DNA from: Girardia tigrina
Taxonomy: Eukaryota
Length of the DNA stretch: 62,774 nt
Assembly: GCA_001938485.1 (NCBI GenBank)
Contig: MQRK01223291.1
Location: 1-62,774, forward strand
Reading direction: 5' to 3'
Below are positions 53,819 through 62,774 of the stretch, piece after piece. Below the pieces are notes generated by a model. That model had not been told where the DNA came from. It worked only from the letters and a program-made list of their open reading frames with translations, and did no database searches. Position 1 is the first letter of the stretch. Every line of letters starts with the position of its first letter. Position numbers and translations under genes: made by a program.

Positions 53819-56800
53819 CATTGATAACAGAGTGGGTGGAGCAGTGGTGTGACAGCGGCGACTCTATTGGCAAAGGGGAAGAACAAAATAATATCTCACC
53901 CGGAAAGAGAGGAAATAAAACAGAGTCATTTTTTTGATTTTTAAGGTCATTAAATTCCGTGTCCTACTAATTATACAAACATTAATAATAAAATAAATAA
54001 TAATAATAATTATTATAGTTATAATTTTATGAATTTGATTAGAAAATTATTATTTTTGAATTTTAGTAAGAACAAAATTTTCATTAAATTCAGGTTAACA
54101 TGAACACGATTTTTTTAAAACCTTGTCAAAGTACTGAAAAGTCGGTGTCTTCAAATGCTAATGTTTGTTCTGCTATAATTGGTCAAACTGCTGATGGTTT
54201 TAATCATTTGTATCTATTTGAAAAATTTTGGACTGTTCCTTTAACTGCCGGTTTATAATTTTCAGATTTTGAATTTTTTATAGTGTCTCAATTTAGAACC
54301 ATTTTCTATAATTGTTCCTGAAGTATCTAAAAATTTACGTCTTACATCAGGGGAATGGGAAGTAGATATACACAAGGTGAAGCACCATATGATTACTTTA
54401 TTGACTAACAATCAACAATATAGATTTGGATTAATGAAAAAGATGCAATTGTGTACTTTCTTGGTAACAAGGACGATATTCTTGCTAATCATCTGTAGGT
54501 TTTATTTATTATATTTATTATTGTAAATCAAAATTATTTTTTTATTACTTTTACAATTATTGGATTGTTTCGTAAGTCCAGATTTTGCTTTAATAAAAAA
54601 TTATATTGAAATATAAACAAATATAATAATTTAATCAATTAGATATTTTCTATGAGGAGTCAGTTAATTTTCTTTTCACTGATAAATTTTAATAATTTAG
54701 TCAAGTTTCATAATATAATTGAAATAAATGATATTTTAAAATATATAATTTTTGAAAATAATAAATTTGAGCCATAATTATTTATTAATCTTTTAGAATA
54801 AAGTGTTTTCTTAACGTTTAAAAATAAACATTATTTTGGAATAAATTTTAATGAATTTTAAATTAAAAATGTTTTAATATTTTGTAATAAAATGCTTTAT
54901 AATTATGATAATTACAGTGTGCGTTCAAAAAACGTTAGAAATTTTAATGTGTCCTACACAAAGGTATTGTAACGTATCCAAATAATTATTACTTTATCGG
55001 ATTCTCCATGTTTTTGTGTACTAAGAACTGTATTTTGAATACTACTGAGTGTTGACTTAATGTATTTTCAGCATATCGAATAAACATAGTGCAATGGTGG
55101 AGCTGTTTCGTCAAGGCACACGTCAATGTGAAATTGTTCGTTTGCACGGTGTTTCAAAGATGATAGTCTCGCGTGTTGTTTGGTGATTCAAGGAACTTGG
55201 TAACGATGGTTGGCGTCCAGGAAGTGGAAGAAAGTGCACAGTTAACGCTTCTGCAAATCGCAGTCATCAAGTAGCGAGTGTAGCGAAATCTGGGGGTCTC
55301 CATGAGGAAAATCGCTCGTGATACCGGAATCAGCGATCGATCGGTGCGGTGAATAGCGAAAAAAGAGCTCAACCTGAAGCCATACAAAATTCAAAAGGTT
55401 CAGCTCCTCACAGACGGTAACAAACATATACGTCTGCAAAGATGTCGTCAACTCAAAAGTCGGGCCGCTGGTCAGCGGTGGGAGCGCATCCTCTTCACGG
55501 ACGAGAAGCTTGTCACTGTCGAACAAGCCAGAACGACAGGATCTGGTCCACAGACACTCCAGGAACCTCAGTCGTTATCGAACACCATCAAAATTCCGCA
55601 TCGATGATGGTGTTTGGTGGAATCTGCGCCAGCAGTAATATCCTTCTCATTTTCGTCGATTAGTGGATCAAAATCAATCAAGAACTCTTTCGACGTGACA
55701 TTCTTGAGGTTGTCATACTCCTGTGGGCACAACAGCACCTCTGCGATGCAGATTGGACGTTCTAACAGAACTCCGCTTGGCCCACGAAGCGAAAATGACT
55801 CAAGATTGGTGCCGGAAGAAGAATTTTCAGAATTTGCTTTCGTCAGCAGAATGACCGCCATACTCGCCAGATTTCAATCCGATAGACTATAGCGTCTGAT
55901 CCATATTGGAGGTCAGGGCCTTTGATACAGGCCACAACAGTTTGGAGTTGATGAAGCGGTCATTGCGCCGAGAATTGGACCGATTGTAGTCAAAAGACCT
56001 GCTGCTCATAACCGAAAATTTTGAATCACGTTGGGACTCTGCATCGCCGCCGGAGGAGGCCACTTCGAAAATGCATGAGTATTATTATTAACTAGAAATA
56101 GACCCGTCATTTATGACGAGGGAGTTAAATTTTTGTCTTTGAAAGTTTCTGTTTTAATTTTTAAATCGGAATTATAATTTATTATTATTTTTTTAATTTA
56201 ATTTTTTTTATAATAAGTAAAAAGAAACTACAAGAATAATAGTGATAATAATATAAATAATAAACGATAATAACTCGATATCATAAGGGGAAGTGATTTA
56301 AAATTGCAAAAAAAACAGTTTAAACATTTGTAGATAATCGTAAATCGATTTTTTTCCAAAAAAAGTAAAATTAATTTTTTGAGATCAGTTGATTTTTTCC
56401 ATCTACTTAAACTGTCTAGTAAGTTCCCGGAATATGTCATGCACACACACATGCATACATGTATATGCTTAAATATTGTATTAGAATGAAGCCATCAATC
56501 AGCTTCTTTGGCCAATCATAGAGTCACACACTTATCCACTCTCTTCTCATTGTGAGAGCCCATTATTGCTGCTAACACAGGGTAAGGTGCACCGTTGACA
56601 CGTTATAGATTTACAGAAAGAACATTTTCGTGCATACATTTACTTAGAAATGCTACGGGGACGTAAACCATGTGAAATATAAAAGCAGCTGCAAGATACT
56701 AACCTGGATATTCCTTCACAGACAACTGTATTCGAGTGGTACAAACGATTTAAAGATGGAAGATAATCCCTTGTTGATGATCCAAGATGCGGCCGCCCAA

Positions 56801-58647
56801 CCACATCTTCAACCGCTGAAAATGTGCAGATTATCAAAGCGATTGTGGATGAAGAACCAAGGACATCTCTTAGAGCAGTGAGTGAATCGACTGGCCTGTC
56901 TAAAGATTTTCACGACAGATTTTCACAAATCAGCTTCAATTGCGAAAGATTTGTTCGACATGGATTCCACATCACCTCTCAGAAGCAAACAAACGGGACA
57001 GGATATTGTGTGCACAAAGCATCATCGCCTTATTTGAAAACCATTCCATCGATTATCTGATACACCATTGGACGACAGAGGATGAGAGTTGGTTTCTGTA
57101 TGAAACAGCACTGACGAAACAGCAGAATCAGGCATGGCGTCATCCCACACAAACAAAACTCACTGTTGTCCGCCCGAATCTGACAAACAAGAAAACTCTT
57201 CTCTTGCTGGCATTCACTGGTGATCAAAAGATAAGTGCTGACATTTGCTCTACTTGAGAGACTGTGAACTCAGAGCGTTATGTGGAATTGGTTCGTTCAA
57301 ATGGGGAAAAATGGCGACATATTCGCAGACATCCCAAAAAGCTCACAGAATTGTTGTGGCAACACGATAAAGCACGCCCTCACATATCAAAAGAAACAAT
57401 GGAATTCTTTTATCATCGTGGAGTGACACTCATCAAACAAAGCCCATATAGCCCTGACATGAATCAGTGTGATCGATGGGTGTTCAAGCACATGAAACAT
57501 TCATTTCGAGGGCAGAAATTCGTGGACGGTGATGAGGTGAAAGGAAGAGCGGTGCAGGTGCTCCGCTGTCTCCCTGAAGATAAGTTTCGCCAAGAATTGT
57601 TATCATTGTATGAACATTGCAAACCAGTTGTAATTAATCATGGAAATTATGTAGTTTAAATATAATATAGAATTGTTTGGAATTTTTCAAAGAAGTCAGT
57701 TTTTTTAACAATTCCGGGAACTTATTGACAGTCCATATATATGTTTTAACAAAATACAACTACCCTGAAAATTTCAGCTCCATAGCATCATGAAAAGTGA
57801 TTTAAAATTTCAAGAAAAACAGTTTAAACATTTGTAGATAATCGTAAATCGATTTTTTTCCAAAAAATTAAGACAATCACAATAATTTGTAAATTTCCCT
57901 TCGTTGTTTAAACGAATCACTGTAATCATCGGGAACTTCACACAGACAGAAATCATATTTCTATTATAGTATTAATTGTTTATGTTATTGTTTTGAATCG
58001 TTACATTTGTTAAATTTATTTTCTTTAATAAATTTATGCACAAAAATATGAGAAACGTTTTTTTACTGCACCCTGTAATTCTTTCTCAGTATTCAAGTAA
58101 ACTTTTCATTTTTATAAATTTACAATCATTATTTTAAACAGTAGTAATTAAACATGGTGTATTTATGTTGTAATACTTAGATATAGAGTGAATTATGGAA
58201 ATAAAGAATATCAAACCAAAAACTACTTTCAAATATGTGAAGTTACTAAAGCAGATACAGTTGCTTATTTGAATCCAGAGTCTGATTGGGGTGTAATCAC
58301 AACGAGTAGTCTTGGATCATCGGTTGAAGTAAAGTTAATTAATATTAGATATTCAAATATGCCTGAATATACTATTTTCGAAATACGTAAGACTTTGAAT
58401 TTAATGATGCCCTTACAACTCGATTTATTAAAGGTAATCCATTCAATATAATTTTTAATGGTTTGTTATGTGAGAATCATCCTAAATTATTAAAATATAA
58501 TATCGTCGATGATTTTGGTTCTAATATAACTCTGTATGGCTTACTATTTCTTCCTGCCTGCACCGAAGTTAAAAAATGGCCAACTCTGCATTATATTTAT
58601 GGAGGTCCAAGTGTTAGATTAGTGGAAAATAATTACAATAGAAATTT
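32223..58647 (+). CDS. DPP9: Dipeptidyl peptidase 8/9-like (S9B prolyl peptidase) gene, exons 1-14; 3' part not seen in window
   Basis: 14 GT-AG exons join in phase without stops (1829 nt). Motifs LLAERMR..GVTFYDLH, YVIQEEFDR..WW, YRYPQPG, EYLTNAGWTPDG, DRLQ, GFNHLY, LTSGEWEV, VYFLG, LYGLL..PTLHYIYGGPSV follow the DPP8/DPP9 order. GWSYGG not seen. DPP8 vs DPP9 cannot be distinguished here. Confidence 0.9.
32390..32544 (+). CDS. DPP9: DPP8/9-like exon 2
   Basis: TAG acceptor; open frame ..SRWKSLI..; GTGAGT donor in phase 2 matching exon 3. Confidence 0.75.
32985..34340 (-). mobile_element. Tc1/mariner element (rosa/DD41D-like), mostly N gap
   Basis: TIR CAGTGCGTTCA(A/G)AAAGT..GTGCACCT, TA flanks; WPPRSPDLSVLDFYLWG..VY..KP..GGNFQQLL. 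Subfamily inferred from motif only because the DD spacing is in the gap. Confidence 0.88.
35513..35859 (+). pseudogene. 18S rRNA 3' fragment (dispersed pseudogene)
   Basis: AACGAGACTCT, GCAATAACAAGTCTGTGATGCCCTTAGATGT, GGCCGCACGCGCGCTACA, GAACGAGGAATTCCTAGTAAG, TTGTACACACCGCCCG; only ~350 bp, with substitutions at normally conserved sites. Confidence 0.95.
36632..36992 (+). mobile_element. Short Penelope-like remnant with inverted pLTR ends and decayed hammerhead
   Basis: 36632-36687 is inverse of ~36935-36992; internal DNFKILC..CEVLLIR..INVQ (GIY-YIG tail); CTGAAGA..GGAA at ~36914-36940. Confidence 0.75.
37146..37293 (+). CDS. DPP9: DPP8/9-like exon 3
   Basis: EILLAERMRMLKQGVTFYDLHPES; an alternative in-frame donor exists after 37305. 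Confidence 0.85.
37345..37492 (+). CDS. DPP9: DPP8/9-like exon 4
   Basis: NPVNWKLVSYIKDKNVFI..PKQLTF. Confidence 0.85.
38144..39157 (-). mobile_element. Non-autonomous hAT (Ac-like) element
   Basis: TIR TAGGGAT(T/G)TACCGGTTT; perfect 8-bp TSD GTTTAAAA; CCGG-rich subterminal repeats; sits next to an older hAT-like end (CGATTAATCG..TGCAGCCATA at ~39190-39228). Confidence 0.9.
39830..40501 (-). mobile_element. Degenerate Tc1-like 5' fragment
   Basis: Minus-strand end TACACTTCACCAGCCACAAATATT; HTH-region remnant with SGRK motif. Confidence 0.5.
41524..41622 (+). CDS. DPP9: DPP8/9-like exon 5 (EE motif)
   Basis: GSTHYVIQEEFDRLDGMWWRP. Confidence 0.92.
41960..43475 (+). mobile_element. 5'-truncated Penelope-like element (RT + GIY-YIG) with 3' pLTR and 5' inverted pLTR
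   Basis: SLFTNVP, YKQVDGV, RYVDDIF, FLDL, YRKKT, YIGETSHHL..RIQEH, EALLIK..PSIN; 41960-42017 is inverse of ~43418-43475; ATTAATCAGAAA repeated at 41917 and 43474 (possible TSD). Confidence 0.95.
43387..43444 (+). ncRNA. Minimal type I hammerhead ribozyme (PLE pLTR)
   Basis: CUGAAGA 43404-43410; stem II GGTGGA/TCCACC; GAAA 43427-43430; palindromic ATATAT; stem I ATTGTTGT/GCGACAAT. Confidence 0.85.
44195..44302 (+). CDS. DPP9: DPP8/9-like exon 6
   Basis: EEYDESNV..YRYPQPG; CAG acceptor, GTAAG donor. Confidence 0.92.
45240..45364 (-). repeat. Solo-LTR-like repeat fragment (TGTGAGGAATATT family)
   Basis: Inverse of ~5378-5516. Confidence 0.55.
45440..45890 (-). pseudogene. Degenerate Tc1 transposase fragment
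   Basis: KVKYSPFHMIWSAF..GTLRFV resembles Tc1 TVK...MVWG.F...G.L. Confidence 0.5.
45921..45991. mobile_element. 71-bp piggyBac-type MITE
   Basis: TTAA|CCCTTTAAATGCG ... CGCGTTCAAAGGG|TTAA; TIR 11/13 match. Confidence 0.8.
47694..48284 (-). mobile_element. 5'-truncated non-LTR retrotransposon 3' fragment with C2H2 zinc-finger remnants
   Basis: 9-bp TSD ACTTAGATA (47685-47693, 48285-48293); CHENCHKTYKTDGWLKRHLLIVH and CPLTHC in ORF 47908-48237; homologous to 31511-31867. Confidence 0.75.
48851..48915 (+). CDS. DPP9: DPP8/9-like exon 7
   Basis: GQTNAQSNLKIL. Confidence 0.85.
48960..49060 (+). CDS. DPP9: DPP8/9-like exon 8
   Basis: LFPNYEYLTNAGWTPDGK. Confidence 0.9.
49112..49268 (+). CDS. 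DPP9: DPP8/9-like exon 9
   Basis: IWIQLADRLQ..KYWVP. Confidence 0.9.
49312..49431. repeat. (TA)n microsatellite with N gap
   Basis: Seen directly. Confidence 0.9.
49958..51279 (-). mobile_element. DD37E-family Tc1/mariner (ITm) transposon
   Basis: ~50-bp TIR AGGTGTG(A/T)CCACTAAAAAA..; TA flanks; LNDE, WPDLASCHYA and NPPCAPQIRPIE with 37 residues between D and E; ORFs 50637-51107 and 50077-50727. Confidence 0.93.
52417..52456 (+). ncRNA. Solo hammerhead-like motif (PLE pLTR remnant)
   Basis: CTGATGA-T-GTTTT gtca AGAAC-GAAAC GTA; palindromic ACGT; weak stem I. Confidence 0.55.
53530..53966. mobile_element. Foldback hAT-type MITE with central (AAT)n
   Basis: ~170-bp inverted arms starting TAGGGCACGGAATTTAATGACC; TSD CTAATAAT/CTAATTAT (7/8). 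Confidence 0.88.
54094..54250 (+). CDS. DPP9: DPP8/9-like exon 10
   Basis: DGFNHLYL. Confidence 0.85.
54297..54376 (+). CDS. DPP9: DPP8/9-like exon 11
   Basis: LTSGEWEV; acceptor chosen to keep phase. Confidence 0.85.
54424..54494 (+). CDS. DPP9: DPP8/9-like exon 12
   Basis: IWINEKDAIVYFLGNKD..HL. Confidence 0.9.
56092..56200 (-). mobile_element. Helitron 3' end
   Basis: A|CTAG plus hairpin CGTCAT TT ATGACG; inverse-homologous to ~13520-13614. Confidence 0.7.
56407..57737 (+). mobile_element. Mariner transposon (DD34D), frameshifted
   Basis: TIR core ACTGTC..TAAGTTCCCGGAAT; WIPHHL, TEDESW, HDKARPH, SPYSPDMNQCD with 34-residue spacing. Confidence 0.92.
58181..58386 (+). CDS. DPP9: DPP8/9-like exon 13
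   Basis: YRVNY continues the HLY motif in phase; GTAAGA donor. Confidence 0.8.
58434..58647 (+). CDS. DPP9: DPP8/9-like exon 14
   Basis: LYGLLFLP..WPTLHYIYGGPSVRLV; GTAAGT donor. Confidence 0.88.
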
Positions 58648-60449
58648 GTAAGTTTTGTTCTTTATTGTATTCAATGAGCACTGTGGTATAATTGCTTTTA
58701 TGTTTTGTGTATTTAATGCATTTGAGTATAGACACATTTGAATATTTTTTTCAAATAAAGTTTAATGTTAGAAATAATACAAATAAACTTGAAAATATTA
58801 ATCTATTTATATTTTCCGATTAAGAAAGAATAAAATGAATAAGACGAATCTTTTTTCTCGACTTGTGAGAACTAAAAACGATCATGTTTTTGTTTTATAA
58901 ATTTATTGGTCACGTTATGTCTCGTTTTAGTGACATTGATTGACCCTGTAACCTAATGTTTATGTACTCCTTTTGGATTATGTCTACATCGATGCTCCAA
59001 GCTCTTAAGCTCAAATAATTGATCAGTCTTTAATAAATAGTATATCACTTATTTAACAGTGTAATAAAAGGATTAATCAAAAGGATGTAGCTCTTTGGAA
59101 GAAAATTCGAGGTAGTCATTTGTCTGACATTATTTTCTCCTTTAAATACGAAAGTCAGTAATTAATAATAAAATAAAATATTATTACTTTTGTTAAAAAC
59201 ATTTGTTCTATTTTAATAAATTGCCATAAAGTTCAGCTTGATTCACTCATTACTATAGATCATTTTGTATATTTAACATATTTCACGCGATGAGAAAATA
59301 CCACACCCAAAATTTTCAAAAATCTTTCTTTTATCTATTTTGAAATTTAAATTATTTCACTTTAATCATAACTTTTCTAAGTTCAAAGATATAAAATCCG
59401 ATTTAAATTTTAAATATTCCTTTTTCTAATCTATTTTACATTTTATAATTATTTACATATCGACCTTGCGAAACATAAAACTGACTACTTTTTATACCTT
59501 TCTTTTTTGGTTTTTGCACTGATAATTCAAATGTCCTTCTTTGTTACATGTTCAACATGTTTTTATTCTAATTTCGATTCTTTCATTATTTCTGACTGAT
59601 GTTCTTATGATAGTGTACGTTCGTTGTACAATTCTTGCATGTGTCGGTTTTATTGTTCATACGTTCACTTTTTTAAAAAAATGTTTATCTACTCTTTTTC
59701 GCTAATTTCTTGTATCTTCTCATTCTTAGTTACCTTCTTATCCTTCGGACAATGTAAAATGATATAAATAATATCTTCTGTTCAATGATATTATAACGCT
59801 TCCTTTAAATCATCCATCCTTGATTTCTTTTTGAATGCCGTCTTCAGGCGATCTACGAATATTTATATATCTGGATTCACATTTTCATATTTTGACACAC
59901 CATCTGGTGACAATATAGTTATCATAAAGGGATCTCTGCAGCTCTCCGGAATTTTTACAACTTTCAAATATCTTGTTCGTGTGGTTATAAACGTTTTCAC
60001 ATCTTTTCACCGTTGGAATCGATACAGTAGCAATTTCGATAATAATTGCTATGGATTCACTAACGAAATCGGTTCGAATTTCTCGTCTTTGATTGGCATG
60101 TTCGCATTAATCTGCATTGAAGAATCATTCGAACTAAAATTTTTAATTATATTGAAAAATACATTTTTTTCAAGGAAAATAAATTAATGGCCATTTTTTC
60201 GTTTTTCATTTTTTTTAAATTTCTGGAGTTAACATTTTATTTAGATTACCAAACCCATATACTAGAAATATTTTTATACACACAAAAAACTTTTAAAATT
60301 TATTTAACTTAGTTTTTTTAAATTTTCTATAAAACTTTTACATTATTTATTCTTATTTAAATTAATTTTATGTATAAAAATTTTAATTTAACTTTTAATC
60401 CCTAAAATTGATTTAATTACTCTAATGATTAAAGTAATAAAAAAATTAA

Positions 60450-61524
60450 AAGCCATCCCTTTATCAAATATAACATCAGTAGCAACAAATGGAACACCTT
60501 CCATTTTTGGCGGTATTTCGTGGATTTCTAAGTCTTTTAAAACAAAATGTACCCGGAGTGTTAGTAATACACTGTGTTATCAATCGACAAAATTTAGTTG
60601 CTAAAAATCTGAGTAGTAGATTGTATGAATCTCTTCAATTTGTTATTAACGCAGTTAACCGGAATCCGAAATAATGCATTGAATACACGATTATTTGTTC
60701 AGTTGTGTAAAGAAAATGACGATATCTTTCATTAATTGCTTCTTCACACTGAACTACGATGGTTGTCGAAAGGCTTATGCTTGACAAGATTTTGTTCACT
60801 TTTTGATACTGTTTAACAGGTTTTGGATACTAAAGATTCAATTTTAAAACAAAATTTAATCAAGCGGAATGCGGACATTGCCTTCTTAACATACTTGTTT
60901 CATAAATTTAAAGGGGTTAACTTGCAGCTACAAGGTGATATCCTAAATTTAATAAAAATGAAGTCCATAATCTCAGGGTTTCTAGCGAGAATTAAATTAA
61001 TGAAGCTAAACATTGGATGGGGCGAATTTTCCAAATTCTCAAATCTTCAACAGTCAAACTGTCAAGAAGATAACATTTTGAATTACGTTGAACATTTAAA
61101 TACCCTCTATTTCAATTTTCAAATAAGATTAGAGAATATTCTAAATATGGTTATACCTCATTGGATATTCAATCCATATAATGATATAGAAGTGACGAAT
61201 GTCATATCACAAGAAGAACTGTTCGGAATAAGTACTAATTAAGAACTTAAAATAAAATTTAGAAAAGCATATCAGATATTCTAGCTTCAAGAAGTCATAC
61301 CTAATATTTATCCGATGTTATGGAATATCACCAGAAAGTTTATAATTGCTTTTCCATCTTTATATCACGTGGAAAGAGGTTTTAGCACAGCTTTAAATCT
61401 TCTAATAAGAAAAAGAAACAAACTGGATATCACTAACCGAGGAGATTTAAAACTAAACCTAATTAAATTGGAGCCAAATATTGAAAATTTACTATCAAAG
61501 AATCTGGCTCATTCCTCACATTAA
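60450..61524 (+). pseudogene. hAT Charlie/Buster-type (ZBED5/SCAND3-like) transposase pseudogene
   Basis: IHCVINRQNLVAK, LLLHTELRWLSKG, NLQLQG, IAFPSLYHVERGFS, RNKLDI..RGDL..EPNIE..AHSSH. Confidence 0.9.
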
Positions 61525-61736
61525 CCTTTTCCTGACTATTGATGCCATATGGAATCATAATATATATCAGACTTGTATAGCCATCTATGAATGAATAGGG
61601 ATAACATGTTTTATTTAGATCGATAAGGAAGATCGATAAGAAGATATATTTGTTGTCAATTAAATTTTTACTCTAATTACTTTACTGCTTTCGCATATAT
61701 TTTACTACATTTCAGTGTATATATATAGCGGTACGC

Positions 61737-61883
61737 CGACTTTACCGCGGCGACTTTACCGCGGGCGACTTTACCGCGGCGACTTTACCGCGGACGACTT
61801 TACCGCAGGCGACTTTACCGCGGACGACTTTACCGCGCGTGACTTTACCGCAGGTGACTAAACAGCGGGCGACTTTACCGTGG
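61737..61883. repeat. Tandem array of ~10 x 14-15 bp CGACTTTACCGCGG(N), probable transposon terminus
   Basis: Seen directly; GC-rich array begins just after a (TA)n tract. Confidence 0.85.
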
Positions 61884-62774
61884 AAAATTGACAACAAAAT
61901 TGTCAATAAGTGAACAATATCATCTAAAATATGAATAAAAATTTTTAATTAGGTTATGATAAAACAATGAATTATACACGGGTTTAATTTGAAAACATAA
62001 ATGGATAGAAAATTTCAGATCGACATTTAATTATTCTTTTTAATATAAAAAATAAACAAAGAACATACGAANNNNNNNNNNNNNNNNNNNNNNNNNNNNN
62101 NNNNNNNNNNNNNNNNNNNNNNNNNNNNNNNNNNNNNNNNNNNNNNNNNNNNNNNNNNNNNNNNNNNNNNNNNNNNNNNNNNNNNNNNNNNNNNNNNNNN
62201 NNNNNNNNNNNNNNNNNNNNNNNNNNNNNNNNNNNNNNNNNNNNNNNNNNNNNNNNNNNNNNNNNNNNNNNNNNNNNNNNNNNNNNNNNNNNNNNNNNNN
62301 NNNNNNNNNNNNNNNNNNNNNTTTGCGATTAGAATTATGGGAATTCTTCAATTCTAGAGAGAATTTTAATGCGCTGCAAAATTAGTTCCACAAAATCTTG
62401 ATCAGTACGAAATTGATTTATCAAACTAAAATAGTTGGGTGATTGCAAGCAATAGAATTTTGAAACGCACGATGCCAATTTTCTATTGCATTGTTTGTGA
62501 GTGGTAGATGAGAAATAACGCGGTTATATACATTCCAACACTGAATTGAATATCAAGGACGTTATTAACAACATCACAATTTGAATGCAAACATTTATTT
62601 ACAACACACACAGATTCTTCACAACAATTTTCAGTGGTCATCTTTCTTTGATTAATATAGTTCTTGATTCCATACTTAAATATGAAAGAAATTAATGAAT
62701 GGGGAAATATTAATATTACATTTTAATTTCTCTTAATTTTTATTGGATAAAAATACGTTATGTAATTTTTAAAA

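Larger units (their letters stand above)
54915..58075 (+). mobile_element. Degenerate maT/DD37D-like transposon with nested Helitron and mariner
   Basis: TA|CAGTGTGCGTTCAAAAAACGTT and AACGTTTTTTTTACTGCACCCTG|TA; SMRKIARDTGIS, LKPYKIQK, ILFTDEK, NDRIW at 55070-56078. Confidence 0.8.

Noticed and set aside
58434-58474. Alternative intron with a GAG acceptor in the DPP9-like gene
   Set aside because: The 47-nt GTAAGA..AAG intron at 58387-58433 keeps frame with better splice sites.
61737-61883. CRISPR-like array
   Set aside because: Units are contiguous with no unique spacers; eukaryotic context; no cas genes.

Overview
AT-rich eukaryotic (animal) genomic DNA with several N-gaps. A freshwater planarian is a likely source, but this is inference from AT content, 44-51 nt mini-introns and the TE spectrum. 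One host gene is present: a + strand DPP8/DPP9-like dipeptidyl peptidase with 14 in-phase exons (32223-58647, about 609 codons); its catalytic C-terminus is not seen and probably lies beyond the window. Almost everything else is transposon-derived: cecropia-type and other mariners, DD37E, DD37D/maT-like and rosa-like Tc1/mariner elements, hAT elements and MITEs, a 71-bp piggyBac MITE, Helitron ends, and LINE 3' fragments with TSDs. There is a full-length ultra-compact Gypsy (LTR-to-LTR, gag ATG formed at the LTR/PBS junction, -1 frameshift heptamer) and a second Gypsy interrupted by a 3.4-kb TG..CA solo-LTR-like insert and a 535-bp solo LTR. At least four Penelope-like remnants carry hammerhead ribozyme motifs, three with inverted pLTR copies. 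The DPP9-like introns also hold an 18S rRNA 3' fragment and a ~105-bp copy of the gene's own intron 8/exon 9 junction. I did not find a convincing new protein-coding system; the best leads are the giant solo-LTR-like insert, the hammerhead cluster and several structured non-coding islands.
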